Shown: positions 1-8,726 of the stretch, one piece after another
Layout of the letters: the number at the start of each line of letters is the position of its first letter
How positions within the stretch are numbered: position 1 is the stretch's first letter
Virus record (IMG/VR): IMGVR_UViG_3300046804_001959
From: a virus
Lineage: Duplodnaviria > Heunggongvirae > Uroviricota > Caudoviricetes
Length of the DNA: 64,000 nucleotides
Reading direction: 5' to 3' (one strand)
Translations under genes and position numbers: made by a program
Notes under the pieces: generated by a model
Database searches by the model: none
What the model was told of the DNA's origin: nothing
What the model saw: only the letters and a program-made list of their open reading frames with translations

Positions 1-683
1 AAGTAGCCTGTACCGCCGTGTAGGAACGAGTCAGGATCCACCCATTCAGGATGACTCATCGCCACGTGACGTGCTGCGTTCTTGCAAGGATACATGGCAT
101 TACGGAAGCCGAATTCTTCGACAAAGATTTCGTTCAACTTCTTAGCGAACTCCATCATTGTATACGGCCGGTTGATTTTTGTAAATAGCCTATGCGCATG
201 CTTCTCGGCGAATAGTTTAGGAACTTCGCAGAGCCATTCTTTTGTATTCGTATCTTTCGGATAGTAGATCTGAAATAGATCGTTACGAGCATGTCGTTCT
301 GTCAAGAAACGACGACGCATCGATTCAGGACCTCCGTCTCTCCATGCTCTGAAGGTCTGCCAATGTTCGTTGGTAAACGAGAAGATAAGGCATGCTTCGA
401 GTACAGTCTGAAAGTCATCGACTTCTGCGATCTCATCGACGAACGGACACTCATGCCAGTGTAGGCGATGACTGAACTGCTGATAGTTGTCACGAAGAAG
501 CGAGTCTCGACGAAGATCGTACTCACGACAAAACTCGAAGAACTTCTCAGTTCGTTCTTCCTGTGTCCAGTCCTTCATCCATGACCGCTTCGGCTTTCCC
601 TTCTCGTCGTACTCGACTTCAGCGATGTTCGGGTACTGGATATCAAACTCATGCTCTCCAAGGAGCTCAGTTAACAAGTTCAT
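1..683 (-). CDS. Partial CDS (runs off window start; not in ORF track): paralog of the adjacent HhH-fold DNA base-modifying transferase-like protein
   Basis: Manual translation from ATG at 683 is open to base 1 (MNLLTELLGEHEFDIQYPNIAEV...). Segment HVAMSHPEWVDPDSFLHGGTG aligns with DIADWFPQYVNLESPFYYGTN of the 667-1815 protein. Start overlaps the end of that gene. Confidence 0.7.
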   Translation of the reverse strand, partial: MNLLTELLGEHEFDIQYPNIAEVEYDEKGKPKRSWMKDWTQEERTEKFFEFCREYDLRRDSLLRDNYQQFSHRLHWHECPFVDEIAEVDDFQTVLEACLIFSFTNEHWQTFRAWRDGGPESMRRRFLTERHARNDLFQIYYPKDTNTKEWLCEVPKLFAEKHAHRLFTKINRPYTMMEFAKKLNEIFVEEFGFRNAMYPCKNAARHVAMSHPEWVDPDSFLHGGTGY

Positions 684-1815
684 TTACTTTTGCCTTATAG
701 TCTTGTACGCTCATGCCGACTTGCTTGAGAATGGTATCGTCAGATGGATGGTTCGTCATGCCGTTGAAGGTTCTTACCAAGCCGAGGTCGAGCATTGCTT
801 TTTGCCGTCCGAAGGGATGATCTTTGATGCGACAGCTTGACCAGACTGAATCAAAACAGAGATGGTTGTAGTCTGCTCCAGGTTTGACATAGTTCTCGAC
901 CCATCGGATAAAGTCGCAGCATACATCTTCTGCGTTGTAAGGGTAGGCTCCTGTATCGGCATAGATCTTCTCCATAATCTGATCGAGGAACTTCTCTTTC
1001 TGAACACGCTGAGTGTTGATGCCGAGATAAGAGATGCATTCCACTGCATTGGTGCCGTAGTAGAACGGGCTTTCAAGGTTGACGTACTGTGGGAACCAGT
1101 CAGCGATGTCTGCTACGAACGCAGCGTACTGGAATCGATAGGCTCGTAGACCGTTACGAGCATTCCAATCGAACATCCATTCGCCGATCTCACGAAGATC
1201 CTTTTTCTGGTTGTTGCCTTCGAGCCATTCTGCCAGTTCTCTACAAAGACGGGGCGCGTACTCACAGAGATAGTAATCACCACCGCGTTTGTAACCAGGT
1301 GCTGGTTTCGGGAACGAAGGGAACTGATAGCCTACTGAAGTGTAGAACGGATACGGATAGACGTTGACGAATCGAGCCATATCCTCGATCGTGTTGAACT
1401 TGTAGAGGTGAGGCAACAGAGTGTTGTTGTAACCTGAAGGCTTGAACGCATAGTTGATACCAGAACCAGTCACACGGTGCAGAAGGAAAACGTAGAGCCA
1501 TTCAGGAAGACCGAAGTCTTTCTGCTTGCCAGTCCAGTCGTTGGCGATCGTCTTACGTTGGTAGGTAGCGAGACCTTTCTCCATCTTGTCCCAGTATGGG
1601 TGTTCAGGAGTCCAACCGTAGAACACATCATTGACGATCTGCGAGAAGCCCGCATACTTACGTTCGACCACGTCATAGAGCTCTACGTTCTCCATGAGGT
1701 CGTCGTTCATGTTGGATTCGAGGTAAGGTACGGATCCAAGGTTACACTTGGCTTGCTGGTCCTTGGCCAGATGGTAGTAGCGAATGTACTCGTCGTAGTA
1801 CTCAGTCAGTTCCAT
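667..1815 (-). CDS. Putative DNA base hypermodification transferase, aGPT-Pplase / amino acid:DNA transferase-like (HhH glycosylase fold)
   Basis: FQYAAFVADIADWFP..YGTNAVECI and EDVCCDFIRW resemble the aGPT-Pplase motifs (F.AY....DL..GPGA and E..LCEFDKY). Located next to the gp42-like gene. Confidence 0.6.
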   Translation of the reverse strand: MELTEYYDEYIRYYHLAKDQQAKCNLGSVPYLESNMNDDLMENVELYDVVERKYAGFSQIVNDVFYGWTPEHPYWDKMEKGLATYQRKTIANDWTGKQKDFGLPEWLYVFLLHRVTGSGINYAFKPSGYNNTLLPHLYKFNTIEDMARFVNVYPYPFYTSVGYQFPSFPKPAPGYKRGGDYYLCEYAPRLCRELAEWLEGNNQKKDLREIGEWMFDWNARNGLRAYRFQYAAFVADIADWFPQYVNLESPFYYGTNAVECISYLGINTQRVQKEKFLDQIMEKIYADTGAYPYNAEDVCCDFIRWVENYVKPGADYNHLCFDSVWSSCRIKDHPFGRQKAMLDLGLVRTFNGMTNHPSDDTILKQVGMSVQDYKAKVNELVN

Positions 1816-2218
1816 GAATATATGCTTTCAAACGTTCGATCAATGCCAACTCGTAACCTTTGTCGTTAAGGTTTCGATTACGCGGTGAAGGATGATCGAT
1901 TCTCAGGTGATCTATCTTATACTTATTACAGATCCTTGAGACGATTCCACCGAGAGCGATGACTTTCTTTCGATTTGAAGTTTTCTCGAGAAGTAGATCT
2001 ACATCCACGTCTGATGGCTTATGGCCGTTCTCGATATGAGGGATTACGTTATGGAAATCCCATTCCCATAACGATGCCGCATCACACCACTTTTGTAGGC
2101 GATTGAACGTGCCGTTCTTGAAAGGTTTAGTTCGGGAAGACGGCGAGAGTCCGAGGATTATGACGTCCTCGGACCCTACATGATCTTCGATGAAATCTGG
2201 TACAGACTTCAGCATCAC
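1802..2218 (-). CDS. Small uracil-DNA glycosylase superfamily protein
   Basis: IILGLSPS, VIALGG and HPSPRN motifs typical of the UDG fold. Confidence 0.6.
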   Translation of the reverse strand: MMLKSVPDFIEDHVGSEDVIILGLSPSSRTKPFKNGTFNRLQKWCDAASLWEWDFHNVIPHIENGHKPSDVDVDLLLEKTSNRKKVIALGGIVSRICNKYKIDHLRIDHPSPRNRNLNDKGYELALIERLKAYIHGTD

Positions 2219-2862
2219 TTCACCATATCAAAGTGCCGTTCATAGACATGAAGACTGCCGACATGCCAGATAATCTTTGTCTTCTTAATACCGAGAGCAG
2301 AACCAAGAAGCTTGACTACATGATCTTGCCATGCATAGTCGTTGCGATAGCCGAAGACAACATCATTACTACGCATCTGAACCACAGCCACCAAAGTATC
2401 TTCGCGGATCATGTACTGGACAGTGTTGGTGCACATGAAGTCAGACATACCGTTGAAGTTGTAGTCGAGCCACATCGTAGGACGAGTGTAGATCATGACT
2501 GCACGACGGCTGTTCGGATTATTAGATAGTTCTTTGTATACGTTGTAGTACTGGTTGAAGTTATCTTCATGCCAGATGGCCCAACCGTAGTTGGAGTTGA
2601 TGTAGCCGTTCTCGTCAGCTACCTGCTTCCAGATTTCAGGGACAGGAGCAGGGATGTCATAGACGCTGAGCGACTTCGACTTGTACCATGCGAGTTCACG
2701 ATCGACATAGTCTTGGTTGACCTTGCCGAAGATGGTAGGTTCATCTGCCTCGAAGGTAGCACCGATCATCTCGATGGTCTTGACGCCAGTCTTGTCAGTC
2801 ACGAAACGTTCGTACTTCAGTTCATCGATGAAGTACTGACGAATGTGTTCAACCTTCAACAT
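2215..2862 (-). CDS. gp42: dCMP hydroxymethylase-like (thymidylate synthase fold, T4 gp42 homolog)
   Basis: Near-continuous similarity to T4 gp42 from recall: DKTGVKTIE, RELAWYKSKSL, INSNYGWAIW, DFMCTNTVQY (catalytic Cys), MRSNDVVFGYRNDYAW (cytosine-specifying Asp), GSLHVYERHF. Confidence 0.92.
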   Translation of the reverse strand: MLKVEHIRQYFIDELKYERFVTDKTGVKTIEMIGATFEADEPTIFGKVNQDYVDRELAWYKSKSLSVYDIPAPVPEIWKQVADENGYINSNYGWAIWHEDNFNQYYNVYKELSNNPNSRRAVMIYTRPTMWLDYNFNGMSDFMCTNTVQYMIREDTLVAVVQMRSNDVVFGYRNDYAWQDHVVKLLGSALGIKKTKIIWHVGSLHVYERHFDMVK

Positions 2863-3241
2863 TCAGATTGCCTCCGATCTTGCTACCGTCGATCTTTGCG
2901 AGAGGACGATTGAGGAAGTCACGCTTTGGATCTTGACCGTCCATCTTACCACGACAGTAAGAGACTACGAACGAAGCGTAGTTGATCAGATCCATTGCCG
3001 AGTCTTCGATCGACTCGAAGTTAGGATTGTACGAAGGATCCTTTTCCATCGCTTCGATGACAGACTGCATACGCAGAGTCTTGGCATAGATGAGGTCGAG
3101 GATGGTGGCTACACCACGAGGATAGTAGTCAGCTTGACGAATGCGAGATGCTTCGTTCTGATAGTCTTTCGACTTCTTGAGCTGGATCTCAGCACATTCT
3201 TGGAGGACTCGAATCGATTCACGTTCTTTAGACATATTCAC
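2849..3241 (-). CDS. DUF1599 / nucleotide-modification-associated domain protein (all-helical NTP pyrophosphatase-like fold)
   Basis: KKSKDY...K..R...ESIEDSAMDLINYASF pattern. Confidence 0.7.
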   Translation of the reverse strand: MNMSKERESIRVLQECAEIQLKKSKDYQNEASRIRQADYYPRGVATILDLIYAKTLRMQSVIEAMEKDPSYNPNFESIEDSAMDLINYASFVVSYCRGKMDGQDPKRDFLNRPLAKIDGSKIGGNLNVEG

Positions 3242-3741
3242 ACCTTCTTAAATGGAAAACGATACGTTGGTCGACCCTTATGATCATAACCAACGATCTT
3301 TGCAGTTTTGATTACTTGTTGAGCGGGCACAGCTCCAAGTACAATATACGATACTTCATCATTTATGTACAATCTTTTGTGACGATTGCGATCGGCCCAT
3401 TCCCACACTATGATATGGTCGATGGTTTCATCTTTACAACGATCATAGATGAACGAACTGATATGTACACCAGCTTGAGCATACTGCTTATAGTCGCAAT
3501 TGCCAAGTTCTTCATCGATAGTATCGAAGCAGTGATGCGTATACTGATCGTTGCCTTCGAAGAGAGTCTGCAAAGGATCAATCAACGATTGATGCTGTTC
3601 CGGAAACTCGGAGTCCCAACGACGAATAGCATCATCTTCTTTAACACCTTCTTCGCGCATCACACGCTCAACGTGTGCATCACGTTTTTCAATAAATTCT
3701 TCTGACGCGATGCCAGTGCAAAGTCCATATCTCATAATCAA
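3238..3741 (-). CDS. Hypothetical protein
   Basis: 167 aa ORF with 4-nt overlaps to both neighbours. Confidence 0.7.
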   Translation of the reverse strand: MIMRYGLCTGIASEEFIEKRDAHVERVMREEGVKEDDAIRRWDSEFPEQHQSLIDPLQTLFEGNDQYTHHCFDTIDEELGNCDYKQYAQAGVHISSFIYDRCKDETIDHIIVWEWADRNRHKRLYINDEVSYIVLGAVPAQQVIKTAKIVGYDHKGRPTYRFPFKKV

Positions 3742-4010
3742 ACTTCCTTATATGCTCGTTGCCAAGCAGAATCAGACACTTTTAGACCGGCTCCAGCCAG
3801 ATCGAGATTCCACATCGTCTGACCTATAGATGCAGAAGATCTTTCGTTTTTGATATCTCGAATGAGCTTATTGATTCGGGCTCGCTTGTTAATAGCAGAC
3901 GCCCGATTATCAGACAAAGGAGGAACTGCGATTGACTCGAGCACTTCCAATGCTGCTGCACGTGCTTCTTCGAGAGGCATACGAGTGAAATTATGAAGGA
4001 TGTCAGACAT
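3738..4010 (-). CDS. Hypothetical protein
   Basis: 90 aa ORF coupled to neighbours. Confidence 0.65.
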   Translation of the reverse strand: MSDILHNFTRMPLEEARAAALEVLESIAVPPLSDNRASAINKRARINKLIRDIKNERSSASIGQTMWNLDLAGAGLKVSDSAWQRAYKEV

Positions 4011-4309
4011 TAGATGCGCTTTCCATCGAGAATGAAGTAACCACGGTCGAGTTCGTCCTTCGCGAAGACGAGGATGTTGTCGTTCATAAGGATCTGCAGC
4101 GGAGCTTCACCCTTCGGGTTGTAGGCTCCACCGAGGCGACTGAAGTACTCTTCGACCGAGTAGTGTTTGATCAGCATCGACTGGAACTTGGCCTTCGTGA
4201 CCGGGCCACGATGCTTGAAGCGAGCTACGAACTTACGTTCACCGGCTTCAGTGGTGTAGTGAAGGTAGCCACCGTGGTAGTCGAAGTTGGTCTTGGCGAA
4301 AGCAGTCAT
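4010..4309 (-). CDS. Hypothetical phage protein
   Basis: 99 aa, good RBS (AGAGG), directly downstream of a sigma70-like promoter. Confidence 0.7.
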   Translation of the reverse strand: MTAFAKTNFDYHGGYLHYTTEAGERKFVARFKHRGPVTKAKFQSMLIKHYSVEEYFSRLGGAYNPKGEAPLQILMNDNILVFAKDELDRGYFILDGKRI

Positions 4310-4337
4310 GTTTGTTTCCTCTTTGATTATAGGTTTA

Positions 4338-4366
4338 CCTTATCAAAGATTGCAAATATTGTACAT
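4338..4366 (-). promoter_or_regulatory. Putative host-sigma (early) promoter: TGTACA-N17-TAAGGT with TG extension
   Basis: Minus strand AAAAAAAGCATGTACAATATTTGCAATCTTTGATAAGGT in the intergenic gap. Shares the 13-mer GCATGTACAATAT with the site near 12128-12140. Confidence 0.5.
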
Positions 4367-4386
4367 GCTTTTTTTCGATAAAAACG

Positions 4387-4791
4387 CTATTCTACGATTT
4401 TATACAGCAGACCATGGTTGTGCTCATGACTCGGAGCAGTCCAACCTTCTGGCTTGATCAGGTCAGGTAGACCGAGCGGGTTCGGTCGAGATGCCTTGAT
4501 ACCGACTTCCTTGGCCATGTTTGCCTTATGAACCTCGTTCCATGCACGACCAGCGTTTACCTCAAAGGCATCCAACGTACCGATAGCCACAACGCAGAGG
4601 TCGATCAGAGCATCGACGATTTCCTCAGGATTATTCATATTATCCTTCAGCTCGTTCAGTTCTTCTTCGAGGAAGGCTACACGAAACTCAAGGAACTTAC
4701 GAAGCTTCTCAGCATCGAACTTATTGACCTTCTCGTTGACACCATACTTGGTGTGCATGTCTGCGATGTCTTGAAACCAAATAGCACTCAT
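4387..4791 (-). CDS. MazG-like / PRA-PH family nucleoside triphosphate pyrophosphohydrolase
   Basis: EEELNELKD...EIVDALIDLCVVAIG...EVHKANMAK...KPEGW pattern. Confidence 0.8.
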   Translation of the reverse strand: MSAIWFQDIADMHTKYGVNEKVNKFDAEKLRKFLEFRVAFLEEELNELKDNMNNPEEIVDALIDLCVVAIGTLDAFEVNAGRAWNEVHKANMAKEVGIKASRPNPLGLPDLIKPEGWTAPSHEHNHGLLYKIVE

Positions 4792-4801
4792 AATAATCTC
4801 C

Positions 4802-5362
4802 TTAGGCCTTGAGCCACTCTAACATTTCCTGCACTTCTGATGATAACTCAGATTTAGGTTTAAGTACACCGTTTTTTCGATTGATCTTGGCAGCAAGCTT
4901 CTTTGCCTGTTCCAAGTGATATCTATTCGCGCGCTTCGTATGCTGGATACCGTTGAGATGATCGAGCTCGTGCTGAAACACTCGAGCTGTGATGCCGTCA
5001 AACTTCTTTGTCTCGGTGTTCCCGTCTGGGTGAGTGAAGCGAACCTTGATAAACTTCGGTCGCTTGACCTTGACGAAGAGGTTAGGATAGCTTAAGCATC
5101 CTTCTTCGAGAGTTACCATCTCTGACGATACGTCGATGATACGAGGGTTGATAACACCGATCACGTTCTCTGCTCGCATGACGAACATACGAGTACGTAC
5201 ACCGATCTGATTAGCCGAGAGACCCATGCCATCTGCATCGATCATGGTCTCAGCAAGATCCTTGTACAACTCTACTGGATCCATGATAGGATTGGCAAAG
5301 TCAAACGCCGGCATCTCTTCGCGAAGGATTGGATCGAGGTGATTTACGATGTCTTTGATCAT
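4802..5362 (-). CDS. def: Peptide deformylase
   Basis: All three PDF motifs: GMGLSANQIG, EGCLSYP, HELDHLNG. Confidence 0.95.
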   Translation of the reverse strand: MIKDIVNHLDPILREEMPAFDFANPIMDPVELYKDLAETMIDADGMGLSANQIGVRTRMFVMRAENVIGVINPRIIDVSSEMVTLEEGCLSYPNLFVKVKRPKFIKVRFTHPDGNTETKKFDGITARVFQHELDHLNGIQHTKRANRYHLEQAKKLAAKINRKNGVLKPKSELSSEVQEMLEWLKA

Positions 5363-5583
5363 GATGTTGCGCCTGCCACCTTCTCGATGACTTCTTCAAA
5401 CGTATCGAACTGATCCTTCGAGAGGTCGATAGACTTCTGTTGAGAGTGCCCTTCGTTCAGTACAACATAACCGTACTGGCTATATGTGCTACTCCCAGGA
5501 ACTCTCGTCACTCGAACGATATGATCTACGTTAACGAAGTGTTCACGCTTGTCGCGATCTCGAATCCAAATAAACTTACTCAT
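5359..5583 (-). CDS. Hypothetical protein
   Basis: 74 aa, ATGA overlaps on both sides. Confidence 0.65.
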   Translation of the reverse strand: MSKFIWIRDRDKREHFVNVDHIVRVTRVPGSSTYSQYGYVVLNEGHSQQKSIDLSKDQFDTFEEVIEKVAGATS

Positions 5584-7295
5584 GCTGCCATCCTACTAAA
5601 GTTTTTGTGCTTTTCAAAACGAATTACGCTGTGGAACTTGTCATACAACTGATCACCCTTGTGGCTGATCACGAAAGTGTTTGTATCCTGTGTCAGACCT
5701 TCCAGGATCTTCATGAATTCTTCTGTTCCTCCGACGTCGAGCGACGAGTCGAAGACTTCATCCATGATGAGAAGGTTGGTCGAAGCAGAATTACGGAGCT
5801 TAGCAATAGCCCGCCAGGTAAACATAAGGCTAAGATCAATGCGCATTTTTTCTCCCTCGGAGAAAGAGGCATAGCTGAAATCGTCTCTGTAACGCGATCG
5901 TATAGTTTCATTGAAGTTCTCGTCGAGTTCGAACTGAACAAAGAAGTCCATCGCCGCGAGGTACTTGTTGATCAGTTTGTTCATGATGGGTACGTATTGC
6001 TTGATGATCTTGGTCTTGATACCAGTATCCTTGAGAAGAACGCCTGCTACTTCCAACACCTGTCGATGGTGTGTCAGTTCTTCTTTGCGATTCTTGGTAT
6101 TCTTCAGATCGAGTTTAAAGGCATCGATGTCATCGTTACCGCTGTCGATCGCTCGTGTGTTATTACGGATCGATTCGATCTCGGCGTTCAGAGTCTTGAT
6201 CGAGTTCTGCCATGAACGAATGTCTGCATTGTGACCAGTGATCTGTGTATTCAGAGATGTGATCTGAGAGTTGATCGCTGCGATCTCATTGAGACGACTT
6301 TCGAGACCTTCCATTTGCCGCTCGATCTGAGCCATGGCCTCGGTAATCTCGGTAGTCTTAGATACTCGATTATCGATCCATTCTTTCTTAAAGTCATGAT
6401 CGATACCTTGCCTACATGTCGGACAGTTATCGTGATCGTGGAAGAACGAGATCTCTTTGTTGAACTTACGAATCTTGGTTTCAAGTTCAGACTCCATCTG
6501 CAGAAGCTTGGCTTTACGTTTGCTTACCTTGTCATGATCCTCGATCTCTACAGACAGAGTAGAGATGTTAGTAGCCAACTCTTCGATCAATGCTTCAGTA
6601 GACTGAACACGATCGTTCAGCTCCGTGATCATCTCTTCCTTGGCTCGAATCAAATCGTCGTTGTTCGTACGAAGCGAGATGATATGCTTCTCAGCCAACT
6701 CGATCTTGTTCTCGATCAGGTTGATTTTATGGTCTGCATCGTTCAGTTCGTTACGGTTCTCAATGATCTTCTCCTTCAGCAACGTGTTCATGGTGCTGAA
6801 GATCTGAATGTCCAGGAGATCCTCGATCACTTCTCTCCGCCCATGAGCTGGGAGCTGCATAAAGGGCAAATAGTTTGCAGAGCCTAAAACCACGATCTGG
6901 CCGAAAGATTTGAAACTTAATTTCAAGATCTGCTTCTCAAAGTAATCTTGATAATCTTTGATAGAGCTATTCTGATTGATTAGTACACCATTTTGGTAGA
7001 TTTCAAACAGATTAGGTTTCATACCTCTCTTTACAAGAAACTCGTTTTTTCCTACTGAGAACTCACATTCTACCAGGAGGTTCTTGTTCGTCATCGAGTT
7101 GATGAGCTGCGGCTTGTTGATGTTACGGAACGCCTTACCGTACAGAACAAACGACAGAGCATCTAAGATCGTGGACTTACCTGCACCGTTCTCACCGACG
7201 ATAAGCGTGGACTTGCTACGATCCAAAAGGATCTCAGTCATTTGGTTACCAGTCGACAGGAGATTCTGCCAACGAAGTTTCTTGAAGTAAATCAT
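5580..7295 (-). CDS. gp46: Recombination endonuclease subunit gp46 (SbcC/Rad50-like ATPase)
   Basis: Walker A GENGAGKST, coiled coil with CPTC zinc hook, FSEGEKMRIDL signature, DEVFDSSLD. Confidence 0.95.
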   Translation of the reverse strand: MIYFKKLRWQNLLSTGNQMTEILLDRSKSTLIVGENGAGKSTILDALSFVLYGKAFRNINKPQLINSMTNKNLLVECEFSVGKNEFLVKRGMKPNLFEIYQNGVLINQNSSIKDYQDYFEKQILKLSFKSFGQIVVLGSANYLPFMQLPAHGRREVIEDLLDIQIFSTMNTLLKEKIIENRNELNDADHKINLIENKIELAEKHIISLRTNNDDLIRAKEEMITELNDRVQSTEALIEELATNISTLSVEIEDHDKVSKRKAKLLQMESELETKIRKFNKEISFFHDHDNCPTCRQGIDHDFKKEWIDNRVSKTTEITEAMAQIERQMEGLESRLNEIAAINSQITSLNTQITGHNADIRSWQNSIKTLNAEIESIRNNTRAIDSGNDDIDAFKLDLKNTKNRKEELTHHRQVLEVAGVLLKDTGIKTKIIKQYVPIMNKLINKYLAAMDFFVQFELDENFNETIRSRYRDDFSYASFSEGEKMRIDLSLMFTWRAIAKLRNSASTNLLIMDEVFDSSLDVGGTEEFMKILEGLTQDTNTFVISHKGDQLYDKFHSVIRFEKHKNFSRMAA

Positions 7296-7495
7296 TATTT
7301 TCCATCATCCCAATAGAGCTTCATAGTATCATAGCGAGATTGGTTATAACCTTCTTCGTATGCCGATTTTAACCATCCAACCATTATTATTGCACGATCA
7401 GTATTAGATGAGTATACACATTCGAGATCATCATAGAAACGTTCTGCTCTGAGAGCAAATCCTTCTTGTTCATAGAACCACTCGTCGAACGTCAT
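7295..7495 (-). CDS. Hypothetical protein between gp47 and gp46
   Basis: 66 aa, coupled to neighbours. Confidence 0.6.
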   Translation of the reverse strand: MTFDEWFYEQEGFALRAERFYDDLECVYSSNTDRAIIMVGWLKSAYEEGYNQSRYDTMKLYWDDGK

Positions 7496-7497
7496 AA

Positions 7498-8565
7498 CTA
7501 CTCCACACTTAAAGCTTCACCATACAACGTAGTCAAGAAATTGTACAATCTTTTTTTATCGACTGGCGTATCCCACTGATCCACGACCTTTGTCAGAATG
7601 GTCAGAGTGTCCTCAGCCTCGTTGACGATATCGCTGTCGTCTTCAAGTTGTAGGTTGAGGTTGTCCTCTACCACCTGAATGTCGAGAGCACCTGCTTTTT
7701 CGAGGCGATCGATGTATGTATCGAACCAGAAAGGGTTGTTCTTGTTCTTGACGATTACCTTGACGTAAGATCCTTGAGCGGCTGCAAAATCGAATCCATT
7801 AATGAAGTCGAAGCTTCCCCACTTGGTGTCGTCATAGAACCACTTTTGGAACATTGTATAAGGGTTTTGGATGAACTGCAGTTCTCGAGTTTCTGTGTCG
7901 AATATATGAAAGCCGCGTGGATCATCATAATCAGACCAAGACATTTCATAGGGTGCGCCGAGATAGTTGATATTGCCGCGCGCGGACTTATGATGGAAAT
8001 GGCCAGAGCACACGATATCAAACTTATCGAAGATACGAGTAGATAGACCGTGATCATTCACTGCACCCTTGTACATCTCGAATCCTGCGATCTCGAGATG
8101 CCCAAAAAGGACCTGCGCGTGAGTCTCTTCGACAAACTGCATCGACTCGTCGTAGTTACCTGAGCAGACCCACGGGAGGACTGCAATATCAGTACCACCA
8201 AGGTTAACAACAGAAGGTCCTTCATACCATTTCAATCCTTTATACTCTGTATGATCGTAGAGTTCTCTCATACAGTTCACTTCGTTGGTATTCTTGTAAG
8301 TCGTATCATGATTACCGATGATAACATGAATATCGATGTTCTCAGCGGAACACTTGTCCATGAAATTACGCAAGTGTCTTGCCGTCACGAAGTTGATGTA
8401 CTTGCGACGGTCACAGATATCTCCGAGATGGAAGATAGTCTTGATCCCGTTCTCTTCAAGATAGGGAAAGAAGTAATCATAATAAAACCGATTGAAGTAA
8501 TCTGCAAAAGCTACAGAGTCTCCGCGTGCACCCCAATGGGTGTCGGTAATCAAAGCAATCTTCAT
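7498..8565 (-). CDS. gp47: Recombination endonuclease subunit gp47 (Mre11/SbcD-like)
   Basis: DTHWG, HLGD, GNHD, GHFH metallophosphoesterase motifs. Confidence 0.95.
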   Translation of the reverse strand: MKIALITDTHWGARGDSVAFADYFNRFYYDYFFPYLEENGIKTIFHLGDICDRRKYINFVTARHLRNFMDKCSAENIDIHVIIGNHDTTYKNTNEVNCMRELYDHTEYKGLKWYEGPSVVNLGGTDIAVLPWVCSGNYDESMQFVEETHAQVLFGHLEIAGFEMYKGAVNDHGLSTRIFDKFDIVCSGHFHHKSARGNINYLGAPYEMSWSDYDDPRGFHIFDTETRELQFIQNPYTMFQKWFYDDTKWGSFDFINGFDFAAAQGSYVKVIVKNKNNPFWFDTYIDRLEKAGALDIQVVEDNLNLQLEDDSDIVNEAEDTLTILTKVVDQWDTPVDKKRLYNFLTTLYGEALSVE

Positions 8566-8726
8566 CGACGAACTTTCTTGTCATACTCACGTAGACACTT
8601 ATCGCAGAAGTCACGAATGTTCTGCAGGTTGATCATATAGTTGTATCGAACCGTCATAGAGTTGGTAGGATCTAACATGTTTTCTCTGTACTGCTCAAGC
8701 AGCGGAGGAATATTACTGTTCTTCAT
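8562..8726 (-). CDS. Small hypothetical protein (54 aa; not in ORF track)
   Basis: Manual translation MKNSNIPPLLEQYRENMLDPTNSMTVRYNYMINLQNIRDFCDKCLREYDKKVRR. Fills the gp55-gp47 gap with an ATGA overlap on gp47. Confidence 0.6.
   Translation of the reverse strand: MKNSNIPPLLEQYRENMLDPTNSMTVRYNYMINLQNIRDFCDKCLREYDKKVRR

Noticed and set aside
302-526. 74-aa minus-strand ORF from the track
   Set aside because: Out-of-frame overlap with the better-supported 1-683 CDS.
2215-2862. Ordinary thymidylate synthase
   Set aside because: It has Asp rather than Asn at the base-specificity position and matches gp42 throughout.
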